Shown in pieces: positions 31,425-40,751 of a stretch of DNA of 64,000 bases; position 1 is the stretch's first letter, and the number at the start of each line of letters is the position of its first letter. Made by a program: the position numbers and the translations under genes. The DNA is from a virus (Duplodnaviria; Caudoviricetes), in IMG/VR virus record IMGVR_UViG_3300009031_000221, positions 64,001 through 128,000 of that record; one strand, 5' to 3'. The notes beneath the pieces were generated by a model. That model saw only the letters and a program-made list of their open reading frames with translations. It was not told the origin of the DNA and searched no databases.

Positions 31425-32264
31425 TTACTGAACGAACGCCGAAACCGCACCACCACCCGTGATACCACTACCAGCCTGAGAAACCTTGTATCCACCGCCC
31501 TGTGCGAAGCGGATAGAACCAAGCTGCCCAATGGTCGGGTCATTACCGGTTGCCAAGAACTCACCATACACGCTAGCGAAGTCATGAACATCCGAAATCG
31601 TGATATCCCCGGTCTCCATGATATAGCCCTGATCCTTCGTAAAGGTCGTGCTCCATGAGTTGAACCAGCACGCTTCATAGATGGTAATAATGGCGCTATG
31701 CCCGCGATTAGCTCCAGGCATACCCCCCTTGATGCCGCCCTTAGCAGTATTCGGGGTAACTTGCGGGAAGCTAACAGGCTTCACACCGCCGTCGAATGCT
31801 CCGGAAGTACCTTGGTGTCCCGTATTCGCGGCACCAATATCAAGATCCGCCAGTGTTGAAAATACGAGTTGCTGTTCCATATCGAAGGGCCACTTGTGGT
31901 GAGCCAACGAACGCACCGGGCCATCTACACCGCCAGCATAACCAGCAGCCTGCCACAGGTTGCATAGGTACAACAAGGCACGCTCAAATGAACCCGTCGT
32001 AGGTTCCGTAACACCCGGCACCAACTCAGCAACCTGATCGCCAAATCCAATACCACGGATATTGTCAATGGTACGGCTCTGTGTCGGGTTGAAGCTGGAT
32101 ACCACACCCATCTGATGCAACGCCTGACTGTTGCCATAGTGAGGCGTCAACAGACGCACCTTTTGGCTAACCGCAGTACGAGTGTTCGGAGACGTACCGT
32201 AATCATACAGATACGAGGTTCCGCCCACGCCACCCTGTGGGTTGTTGTCCATATTTGTTGCCAT
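31425..32264 (-). CDS. Tail tube protein
   Basis: 279 aa immediately after the sheath; QMGVVSSFNPTQSRTIDNIRGIGFGDQVAELVPG and IITIYEACWFNSWS resemble T4 gp19-type tube motifs; AGGAGG SD. Confidence 0.85.
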   Translation of the reverse strand: MATNMDNNPQGGVGGTSYLYDYGTSPNTRTAVSQKVRLLTPHYGNSQALHQMGVVSSFNPTQSRTIDNIRGIGFGDQVAELVPGVTEPTTGSFERALLYLCNLWQAAGYAGGVDGPVRSLAHHKWPFDMEQQLVFSTLADLDIGAANTGHQGTSGAFDGGVKPVSFPQVTPNTAKGGIKGGMPGANRGHSAIITIYEACWFNSWSTTFTKDQGYIMETGDITISDVHDFASVYGEFLATGNDPTIGQLGSIRFAQGGGYKVSQAGSGITGGGAVSAFVQ

Positions 32265-32357
32265 CTTGGGATCCTCCTAACGTTTCCATGCTGCATAGAG
32301 CAAGTCACGACACCTTACCTGAATGGCGGCGTATTGGATCACTATTGAGGCAAGAAC

Positions 32358-32395
32358 TCCAAATGGGGGCCAATTCGAATTGGCCCCCATTTGGA
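32358..32395. terminator. Perfect 38-bp palindrome after the sheath stop codon (terminator or processing hairpin)
   Basis: TCCAAATGGGGGCCAATTCGAATTGGCCCCCATTTGGA is its own reverse complement; 5 nt from the sheath stop; weak U-tract. Confidence 0.6.
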
Positions 32396-32400
32396 TTGCA

Positions 32401-35400
32401 TTACATGCTGGAGCGAACGTGGAACGTCAGCACGATGTACAGCAATGGGAATACGGGGGAATACCACGCTTCCACTTCTGCAACCGTAGGATCGTCAGCC
32501 GACACGCTAGCCTTGACGCCAGCATATGCAGTGATGATTTGTGCTGCGACCATCGCCTTGAGCATCATTGACAAGCGACCTTCAATCTGGCTCATGATGC
32601 CAGGAAGGAACTTGATCCCGATGAAGTTCTCCAGGACGATACGGGACTGACGCTGAATCTCATCCGCAATCATAGTGATTGTGGGGAGCTTGGACAAGAG
32701 GCTAGTCATGTCCGTGGTCAAACCGTGGCGAACCTTGATGAAGGGCGCCTGATCCTGTAGAACCGTTACACCCTTGACAGCAATCTGGTTCTGCTGAACC
32801 GCATCCAGTTGGCGAGCCAACTGCGTGAATCCAACCAGACGGCGACCCGTCCAAGGTGTTGCAACGTCAACGTTGGGGGATACAATCGATCCCGACAACG
32901 CCGCCGCCAAGTACGGCCCGTCTACCAGGTATTCCTTGATGTTCCCTTGAGCATCCTGGATATCCAAGGTTGCCATGTCAGGGTATACCAACCGCATGCG
33001 GGTGTGGCTAATGGCCTGAGCCAAGGTCTGGACACTTTCGGGAGTCGTACCCGCAGTTGCACCAAGGATTGCCGTCCGCTCGGCCTTGTAGCGCATGCTC
33101 GACTGAATCTCACATGAACGCCTCAAGTACTGGTACAAATCAGTGCTATCGCCACGCATCAATGTGATGATGTCGGGCTGCACCTGACCTGCCAAGGGGC
33201 CTTCAAGCTCATCAATAGCATTCCGGTAAGTCGTGATGGAGGCCTGATTCTGGTCTACCTCACGAGCAACCTGCTTGATCCCGACGATGACCGCACCATT
33301 GAGGATTGCCAAGTACGCCGCCAATGACACCGGGTTGTCCGGTGTAGAAGCTCCGTAGGCCTTCTCGATGGATGACATCTTCGAGTAGAATGCCGTTGAG
33401 TAATCCTGCTTGGTGTAAACGTAGGAGACATAGTATTCATCCCCAACGCCCGGCTCCTGTCCGCCACGCTCAAATGTCTGAACAAGGCCGGTATCCCCAA
33501 CTGCCGCACCGTAAGTGTTCGCCACAACCAGTTCAACGCCAGGGATGGCATTGTGTGGCAAGTTGGCGTCCGTTACAAACGTCTTGGACACGCTAACGGT
33601 GAATGTAGCATTGGTACCAGTTGGGTAAGCGACCCAAGGCCCGTTTGGATTCGAGTGCCACCCACGCGGAAGAACCGTGAAGGTCAATCCCGTCACAAGG
33701 TCGGTGTAGGTCTGACCCACAATGCCATCCTGTCCGCCAACGCCAAATGCCGATAGCATGGACGTATTGGCAGAACCGGAACCATTTGCCATGTTAGACT
33801 TGACGTAGAATCCAGTGAGTGCTGCATCCCCAACGCCGCCCTCACCATCGAGTGCCCCAAGGCCAGTCGTGTAACGCAAAGCGTTGGCTACATCGCTAGT
33901 CGTGTCATGCACCGTGATGCTGGAAGATGTACCCAATCCCGTCTGAAGGGCAGGCAAATCCTGGATGTAGAGGTATTCAGCCCCCGTGTCATCTACCACC
34001 GTGGTTGCAACGGCATACTTGCCGAAGTGGTTAGCATCGGAAGAAGTCGGATCAAGTGCCCACGAACCAAATGCCGTTTCCACGTCTGACATCAATGCGG
34101 CAGCCAACTGTGCAGCACTTGTTGTTGCACGAAGAGCAGTTTGACCTTCCGCAAACCCAAGAAGGCTTTGTGCCGAACCCGCCATGATGGTTACGCGAGA
34201 AAGCGTATCGGTACGGCTCGACATAAGTCGAATACCAACGCCTTCCTGACGAACCAACTTAGCAGCAATGACTGCGGCAACATTCCCAAACGGGGCCCCA
34301 GGGACTCCCGCCACTGCCGCAACGATGAACCCTAGAATCGAGGTTACATCCGTTACTGGACCCAGGCTATAAGCAGTACCGGCACCGGCATTCGTGTCCA
34401 AGAAGTCCACAGCAACCGCATAACCATCCAACTCAAAGTTGAACTTGTTGTTTGCAGCCCGTGCCCCCGTTCCGTCGTAGAACGTAACGAGGGGTTCCTT
34501 GGTTACTGCATCCTGCCCGCCCATCAATGTGATAGCACCCGCCAAGGTTGCAGCATGTGCCGCCGCAGACGATCCAGAAGGACTCGTCATGCCTACGGTC
34601 AAACCAGCATGTGTATTGCTGGACTTCACCGTTACTCCGCCTTGAGCAACGAACGTATCAGGAGCCATCGAACCGCTATTTCCGCCAGGGAGGATACGGT
34701 TACGGATGAGCAAACGATCGTACAACTGATCCCCGGCGCCCGTGCATACCTTCGTCCAAGCTACCGTGCCTTGGATGAGGGCTGCCTGCCCGCGACCTAC
34801 TCCAGTAGGTCCAGCATCGATACCTGCCAGGATAGCGAAGTCTGCGGTTGCCGCTACAACACCGCTAATGAACTGCAAGTACCCTACGGATGACACACCG
34901 GGCAACTGGAGTTGGAACTGAAGATGCCCGTCCCCATTTGCCGTGCACTCGATGACCAAACCCTTGTAGGTAACTGCCAAGGTCGCAACCTGTGTTGCCA
35001 AAGCCGCGCTAACCGCAGTCGCCAAGGAGGCGGCATCCGCGTAAGTTGCCGGTGCAATGGTTGCGGTCAACACAGCCGTAACGCCCGGGGTATTGCCCTG
35101 GTACATGAATACCAATTGGTCAAACTTACCGGCAGCAATAGTTACAGGGCCGTCAAATACGGCTGTAGCTACCAATGCGGCGCGTGCAGCCGGATTGTAA
35201 ACGTAGTAAGCATCCCCAGCTACAGGCAATGCCAGTGCGTCCCAATCCCCCACCAAACTTGCAGTTTGCGTTGCCGCATCATATGCAGAAATGGTATAGG
35301 CCTTGCCTTCCGTAACCGTAGAAGCCGCATTATGACCCGTCACAAGGATCCAATCCTTGTAGTAATCATCATGGTCATGTGCCCCAGCTACAAGCACTGC

Positions 35401-37713
35401 TTTCGCGGGCACGGCGCCTGCGATGAGGGAGGATCCCGCCTGGAATGTACCTTGGCTACCGCCTGCGGCCTCATTGATTGCGCTAGCGAAGTCCGCAATG
35501 GTGGCACTTGGAACCGTACGGGTCTTGACAGGAACATCAACTCCATCGAGTTCAAGGTTGAACTGCTCCCCGTCAATGTCATAACCCAAACCAGGGTCTA
35601 CAGCAGCACCACCCTCGTAAACGATTTCATCGCTAACAAGGCATCCGAAGAATGATCCAACTTGCAATGCCACACCGGAGGGGGACGACAAATTAATACC
35701 AACACCGCTTGGCAAGGCTACAGCATGTGCCGTGATAGCCAAGTGGTCGGACTTGCCCACGATGAATTCGTAAGGGCCGGCGCCAGGGAATGTAAAGCGT
35801 GCAGGGCTTGCAACACGATTCTCAAACCGAATCGTTGCGATTTCCTCGACCGGGCCAAGGAAATTATCGGTGTTGCTAGGAGCCTCAAATCGCAGATCAG
35901 GAGTCAACTCCGAACCTGAAGGGAACTCCAGGGTCACGCCGGTCAAAGACACACCCTTTGATGCCGTTGCATACTTCGGAACCAGGACATCTTCCTGACC
36001 CGAGTTCTGCATCGTGTAGGTGCCGGTACCAGACACACCTGAATTCTGAACCGTCAACGTGTACGTTTCATCCGTCAAGGTGTTGTAGTACAACGTCGCA
36101 TAGACCTTCGCTCCCACAGGGACAGGCTCTGCCAAGGTAATGACCAAGCCATCAACCTTGAGTACTTCAACCTTGCCACGAGACAACGCATCATTGACAT
36201 CGAAGCCCCAATATGCCCAGATAACATCGGGACGATTGACAGGCAAGTCGATACGGCCATTGGATACCGTTTGGAACAATGACTGTCCAAGGGGGGTATT
36301 GCGCCCATTACCTAGCGTGGGCTGAACAGGCAAAATGAAATCATAGTGCGTCTCGGTTGCAATGCCGCCGGACTGCGATACGAAGGGAGCACAATCAGCC
36401 AGGAACATCTGATTGTCTACCAGAGTCGTGGTGATTTGCGTATCCCCGAACTTGGTCGAACCCAGAGTCGTAACCCCGTTTTCAACGGTTGCCGCGGTAC
36501 CCCACAGAATCTTGTCGTTCTGGAGAATGAAATCCGCGCCCTGAACAAAGCTGTTACCCCCGGGAACTTCGCCACAGCGAGTCACCGAAGTGACGCCAAT
36601 GTGTGCAAGGTAATCGAACGTGTCCTGCCAAGTATTGAAGTAGTACTGAATCGTGACCTTTGCACCAGCCTTAGGGGCCTGTGCCAACGTCACTGCCCGA
36701 GTAGCACCATTCACACTGACCGGGATAACCTGCTTGTTGTTGACCTTCACCGTGACGTGTGCAGGATCGGTGGTTTGAACACCGCCATTGCTTCCGTCTA
36801 CAATCGGGCCGTTGAACGTGTAGAATGTCACCGTGCGGGTATCCGCCTGTCCCGACAACAATCCCAGCAATCCGTTTGCCGTAGCATCCTTGACAGCCAA
36901 GCTATTATCAGAACGCAACATCAATGCCGACATTCCGTATTGGTTGACAAACGTGCTAGCCGTAAGGGTGCCAATATTGAGTGCCGTGATAGCGGCAGCC
37001 AACTGTGCCATCGTGTAATCCGCCTTCGGGCGAATAGCGGTCACATATTCCGTGCCGTCCACAACAAGATACAACCCATTGTTTGCCGGAACCGACACTA
37101 CTCCGCTCAGGAGGATATCGCCATGCAAATCAATGGTTGCCGTCCCGCCTACAGCAAGGTCATTCAAACCGGATACGGCATGAACGGTAGCTTGACGGTT
37201 TGGAACCTGTGCGGATACGTCATCCGTGATTAGATTGTCCGTACGCTTGAAGAAGTAGGTGCAACGAACTACATCCGTTGCCAAAGGTGCCTGAGCCAAC
37301 TGAACAATGCCCGTTGAACCCGTCACAGCACGCACAACAATGGGTTGACCATTAATTGTGATTGCTACGTCCGTGCGATTGGTTGTGACCGTGCCATTGC
37401 CTTGGCCATTTGTGATAGGGAACTGACGAACCCGAATCTTGTCCAGGACACCATCAAAGTTCCCAAGGGTCACAACACCGGTTTGCGATACTGATACAAC
37501 GGCACGACCAGTTTCGTCCTCATCCACAATCCGCTGATCCTCAATCGTGCTGGATCCACGTACCATGTGAAGGTCCGTTTGGACCAAGGACTCGCTGCCT
37601 TCCCCAACAATTACAGGAAGCTTGAATGTATCCAACCCCCCATTAACAGGGGATTCAAATTGCGTTTGGGTATAAACGCTAGGGGGAGCATAGGTGCTGC
37701 CTGGGAATGCCAT
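32401..37713 (-). CDS. Contractile tail sheath protein, unusually long
   Basis: N-terminal YAPPSVYTQTQF and C-terminal sheath domain (LAAALSG...QNQIAVKGVTVL...EVEAWYSPVFPLLYIVLTFHV); 1,770 aa. Confidence 0.9.
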   Translation of the reverse strand: MAFPGSTYAPPSVYTQTQFESPVNGGLDTFKLPVIVGEGSESLVQTDLHMVRGSSTIEDQRIVDEDETGRAVVSVSQTGVVTLGNFDGVLDKIRVRQFPITNGQGNGTVTTNRTDVAITINGQPIVVRAVTGSTGIVQLAQAPLATDVVRCTYFFKRTDNLITDDVSAQVPNRQATVHAVSGLNDLAVGGTATIDLHGDILLSGVVSVPANNGLYLVVDGTEYVTAIRPKADYTMAQLAAAITALNIGTLTASTFVNQYGMSALMLRSDNSLAVKDATANGLLGLLSGQADTRTVTFYTFNGPIVDGSNGGVQTTDPAHVTVKVNNKQVIPVSVNGATRAVTLAQAPKAGAKVTIQYYFNTWQDTFDYLAHIGVTSVTRCGEVPGGNSFVQGADFILQNDKILWGTAATVENGVTTLGSTKFGDTQITTTLVDNQMFLADCAPFVSQSGGIATETHYDFILPVQPTLGNGRNTPLGQSLFQTVSNGRIDLPVNRPDVIWAYWGFDVNDALSRGKVEVLKVDGLVITLAEPVPVGAKVYATLYYNTLTDETYTLTVQNSGVSGTGTYTMQNSGQEDVLVPKYATASKGVSLTGVTLEFPSGSELTPDLRFEAPSNTDNFLGPVEEIATIRFENRVASPARFTFPGAGPYEFIVGKSDHLAITAHAVALPSGVGINLSSPSGVALQVGSFFGCLVSDEIVYEGGAAVDPGLGYDIDGEQFNLELDGVDVPVKTRTVPSATIADFASAINEAAGGSQGTFQAGSSLIAGAVPAKAVLVAGAHDHDDYYKDWILVTGHNAASTVTEGKAYTISAYDAATQTASLVGDWDALALPVAGDAYYVYNPAARAALVATAVFDGPVTIAAGKFDQLVFMYQGNTPGVTAVLTATIAPATYADAASLATAVSAALATQVATLAVTYKGLVIECTANGDGHLQFQLQLPGVSSVGYLQFISGVVAATADFAILAGIDAGPTGVGRGQAALIQGTVAWTKVCTGAGDQLYDRLLIRNRILPGGNSGSMAPDTFVAQGGVTVKSSNTHAGLTVGMTSPSGSSAAAHAATLAGAITLMGGQDAVTKEPLVTFYDGTGARAANNKFNFELDGYAVAVDFLDTNAGAGTAYSLGPVTDVTSILGFIVAAVAGVPGAPFGNVAAVIAAKLVRQEGVGIRLMSSRTDTLSRVTIMAGSAQSLLGFAEGQTALRATTSAAQLAAALMSDVETAFGSWALDPTSSDANHFGKYAVATTVVDDTGAEYLYIQDLPALQTGLGTSSSITVHDTTSDVANALRYTTGLGALDGEGGVGDAALTGFYVKSNMANGSGSANTSMLSAFGVGGQDGIVGQTYTDLVTGLTFTVLPRGWHSNPNGPWVAYPTGTNATFTVSVSKTFVTDANLPHNAIPGVELVVANTYGAAVGDTGLVQTFERGGQEPGVGDEYYVSYVYTKQDYSTAFYSKMSSIEKAYGASTPDNPVSLAAYLAILNGAVIVGIKQVAREVDQNQASITTYRNAIDELEGPLAGQVQPDIITLMRGDSTDLYQYLRRSCEIQSSMRYKAERTAILGATAGTTPESVQTLAQAISHTRMRLVYPDMATLDIQDAQGNIKEYLVDGPYLAAALSGSIVSPNVDVATPWTGRRLVGFTQLARQLDAVQQNQIAVKGVTVLQDQAPFIKVRHGLTTDMTSLLSKLPTITMIADEIQRQSRIVLENFIGIKFLPGIMSQIEGRLSMMLKAMVAAQIITAYAGVKASVSADDPTVAEVEAWYSPVFPLLYIVLTFHVRSSM

Positions 37714-37868
37714 TGGATACCTCTTCTAATCGAACCACGCATAATCGCGGATGTTTAGCCCAAAAGATGATGTATCCGTATATCTATCCAGCCTCCTAAG
37801 AGGTGGGATGGTGCTGTAGCACCACCATTGATGAGACAATATCAAACCTCTACCGAGCCCCCGGCAAT

Positions 37869-38321
37869 TCAGGGTGCCGTATTTTGCTTCTTACGTGCTT
37901 TCTCTTGGGCATCCATTGCCAATGCATTGATGGTAAATGCCCTTGCATGAATCTGCTTCTCCTCAGGCTTCATCACCCTGTAGGAACCGTCAGGATTCAA
38001 TGACAGATCATAGGAGGAAGCCCCGGGATTTGATCGGAGTTCCTTTTCCTTAATTGCATTCCGGTCATCGATAGCCTTCCAACCCTTATGGGCATCGGCT
38101 CCAATGACACGATCAATATTCGCATCAATCTCGGATACGCCCGTATTCTGTGGTCCCATACCATCCGTGGTCAATGCGAACACCCCACTTACACCGGCAG
38201 GAAGGTGCCGAGGAGCATCATGGCCACAATCCGGACACTTCTTGGGCTTGTTGTGATCCGTCATAGACGCGAAAGCCTCGAACCTAACCCCACAATCACA
38301 TTGAAAATCGTAGCTTGGCAT
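37869..38321 (-). CDS. FmdB-family zinc-ribbon protein
   Basis: MPSYDFQCDCG...CPDCG N-terminus. Confidence 0.75.
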   Translation of the reverse strand: MPSYDFQCDCGVRFEAFASMTDHNKPKKCPDCGHDAPRHLPAGVSGVFALTTDGMGPQNTGVSEIDANIDRVIGADAHKGWKAIDDRNAIKEKELRSNPGASSYDLSLNPDGSYRVMKPEEKQIHARAFTINALAMDAQEKARKKQNTAP

Positions 38322-38332
38322 GCGTATAACCT

Positions 38333-39532
38333 CTACTTGATAGTCTCGAAGGTGTCCGTTCTACCGGAAAAGAATGGATCTACCAGTGTATCCAATCCAA
38401 GGGATTCTAGATTCTGAATGTTGTTCTTTTGCTGCGCTACTTCCTCATCCGTCATTCCCGCCGCTAATTTGGCCTGATCCAAACTCAATGGCGAGGCTTG
38501 CCGCAAGAAAATACCCAGAGGCACATGGACAGACCAAGCTGTAGAAACAGTCAATGAAAAGGATGAATTGAAGAAGTAATCATCTCCGTTCTCATCGTAG
38601 ATTTCCTCGGATTCCCCACCCATCGTAAGGTCGGTCATTTCCAACCCCTCAGTGGAAAGATACGGGCGGAGAACACCCCACAAGTAAACAACCGTCTGAT
38701 CCTGAATTTCCTGTTGTGCGTATACGTCACGGGACAACACATCGAAGTCCATCGAGATGTCCCAGGCCCCGCCATATTCCAGCGCTGCAGGACGCCGAAT
38801 ATCCTGCACTACAACCGACATACGGTCACCCTTAGCATTCCGTTTCCCGAAGGCGACGACGCATCCAGGGATGACCATATGATTCGCCCTGCCAGGATAT
38901 AGAACGTGTGGGCCAGTGGATTCACCCGGATAGCGATAATCCGCCGACAACCAACGCCCATTATCTACAGGTTGGACTAGTTCAATTTCCCCCGTGGGTT
39001 TTCCATCAGGCCCGCGAATGACCGTGTAATTTGTTCCTTCGTACAACTGATATCGTGCCGGCATTTCATATAGCCGCAGCGTGCCATCGTGGAATGCATG
39101 CGTTGTCATCGCTTCCGTAGTGGATGGCATCATTACCTGTTCATGGTACACATCATAGAGTGGGTCAACGTAGAATTCCTCATCCTCCGTTAACTCAATG
39201 AAGTAGATTCCTGGAGGGGAAGGGAACTGTCCGCCATTATTCTGAATGGCTACCTCATCCTCCCGAACCCATTCAACGGCTACGCCCGGGAAATTCTTTA
39301 CCTTGGTCAGGTAAACGTAGGAGTTCACCACACCGATGAAGTTATCCGCCGCAAAGTCTACACGGCTACCACCACTAGTCTTGACGATGATGCCAAATGA
39401 AGGACGTTCCTTGTACGAATATTTCCCCTGAATGTGATCCGAAAGATCAGGATATCGAGGATGGTACTGCCAATACCGTCTCAACTCCTCAATAAATCTA
39501 CGTTTTAGCGCCTCGGTCAATCTGAAGTAAAT
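38333..39532 (-). CDS. Tail terminator/neck completion protein (probable ATT start)
   Basis: Position upstream of the sheath in the neck cluster; C-terminal GGAWDISMDFDVLSRD...FSLTVSTAWSVHVPL beta-rich region; AAGGAAGG SD is spaced for ATT at 39532 rather than TTG at 39520. Confidence 0.6.
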   Translation of the reverse strand: MYFRLTEALKRRFIEELRRYWQYHPRYPDLSDHIQGKYSYKERPSFGIIVKTSGGSRVDFAADNFIGVVNSYVYLTKVKNFPGVAVEWVREDEVAIQNNGGQFPSPPGIYFIELTEDEEFYVDPLYDVYHEQVMMPSTTEAMTTHAFHDGTLRLYEMPARYQLYEGTNYTVIRGPDGKPTGEIELVQPVDNGRWLSADYRYPGESTGPHVLYPGRANHMVIPGCVVAFGKRNAKGDRMSVVVQDIRRPAALEYGGAWDISMDFDVLSRDVYAQQEIQDQTVVYLWGVLRPYLSTEGLEMTDLTMGGESEEIYDENGDDYFFNSSFSLTVSTAWSVHVPLGIFLRQASPLSLDQAKLAAGMTDEEVAQQKNNIQNLESLGLDTLVDPFFSGRTDTFETIK

Positions 39533-39544
39533 GGCACACCTTCC

Positions 39545-39706
39545 TTAGTAGCTGAAAACTCGCCATCCCCATCCTTGGGTCTTGGCAAAATCTTCCCCCA
39601 CTTTGACTTTGGCAAGCAGCTTTCCTTGCCATTTGCTGTACTTTGTCAACAACGCCAAAGGTTTGATCTCCTCCAGCACTTTCGAACCATCGCCATAAGT
39701 AATCAG
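39545..39706 (-). pseudogene. C-terminal fragment of a TnsA/T4 gp4-like PD-(D/E)XK endonuclease
   Basis: Manual translation LITYGDGSKVLEEIKP...KVKVGEDFAKTQGWGWRVFSY follows in frame after the TAA of the upstream ORF (...RTIED*LITY, matching the PDFLITY pattern); no start codon or SD seen. Confidence 0.55.
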
Positions 39707-40132
39707 TTAATCCTCGATCGTCCGATTGGCACGTTTGGATTTGGGCTTCGGTTTCGTATCTACTTCGTCGAAGATTTCATCAATCTTCGAATCGATATCC
39801 ATTTCAGGTTCTACCGTCACGGGTGCCGGAACAAATGACCGTGGGGCAACGACAGGGGTCACATGAACCGTGGGAAGTATCTCAGGCGCTACGGGTCGCG
39901 GCACCACAACGATAGGCCCGCGACGGGGTTTCCCTACAGCGGGGTTTCGTACCTCGCGAGCACGCTGAACATACTGGACGGCTACACCATTGACTCGAGC
40001 AACCCGAATCAAATCCTGAGACTTCCGGGCCGTGTCCTCATCAAGGTAGACGATATCGCCCCGGGTCAAATTCAAACCCAGATCCGCAATGATGATATGC
40101 GGGCATGTACATGTGATTCTAGCTTCAACCAT
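39707..40132 (-). CDS. Hypothetical protein (small N-terminal domain plus Pro-rich tail)
   Basis: 141 aa; start overlaps the end of the upstream neck gene. Confidence 0.65.
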   Translation of the reverse strand: MVEARITCTCPHIIIADLGLNLTRGDIVYLDEDTARKSQDLIRVARVNGVAVQYVQRAREVRNPAVGKPRRGPIVVVPRPVAPEILPTVHVTPVVAPRSFVPAPVTVEPEMDIDSKIDEIFDEVDTKPKPKSKRANRTIED

Positions 40133-40742
40133 TTTGAATCATCCCCTTGACCAAATTGACACACGCCTTTCGTCCATTCCGAATTGCTGTCTCAAAGAAT
40201 GTGAACTTCGCAATACCAGGGTGAATCCAAGCATCCGCCACCTTCAATGGCGCCGTGCGAAACTCTACATTTCCCCCCACCTGAATAGGAACAATAAGTG
40301 GCATCCGCTTCCTACTTGCCCGGTTCATCCCCAACTTCTTCTCTCTTGGCGTCAAAGGAAAGTCCGCAGGTTTCATTGTCTTGCGACTTTGTGTCAACCA
40401 AGTCATACGCCGACTTGGAATATTCCCGTGTGCCAGTTCCTTCATCCCATAAAAGGATGACCGGATTTCAATGTCCTTTCCCATTATTTTGAATGAAAAT
40501 GAATCCCAAATATCAGGCCCACCCATCGGGTCATGCCCGTTCCATCCGCGTTTCGAGAAATACTTCTTGGATTCCCTTGACAACGTATCTACCATACACT
40601 TGCCCAAGGCGTTCATCATCTTTGGGTTCAACTTAGTCCCTGCCATAATGGACCACAACTGCCCTCGAATTACATGAATGCGGACAGGAACTAGTTTGTT
40701 CTTCGGTGCTCCTCCCGGAGGTTTGATTCCGCCTATTGCCAT
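40125..40742 (-). CDS. Neck/tail-completion protein (HK97 gp10/Ne1-like)
   Basis: Basic protein with the VEFRTAP...AWIHPG motif typical of this class; neck cluster position. Confidence 0.6.
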   Translation of the reverse strand: MAIGGIKPPGGAPKNKLVPVRIHVIRGQLWSIMAGTKLNPKMMNALGKCMVDTLSRESKKYFSKRGWNGHDPMGGPDIWDSFSFKIMGKDIEIRSSFYGMKELAHGNIPSRRMTWLTQSRKTMKPADFPLTPREKKLGMNRASRKRMPLIVPIQVGGNVEFRTAPLKVADAWIHPGIAKFTFFETAIRNGRKACVNLVKGMIQNG

Positions 40743-40751
40743 AGATTACGC

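Noticed and set aside
39545-39709. Genome-wide stop-codon reassignment suggested by three in-frame ORFs
   Set aside because: The stops are TAA, multi-kilobase ORFs are open under the standard code, and TAA, TAG and TGA all end well-supported genes.
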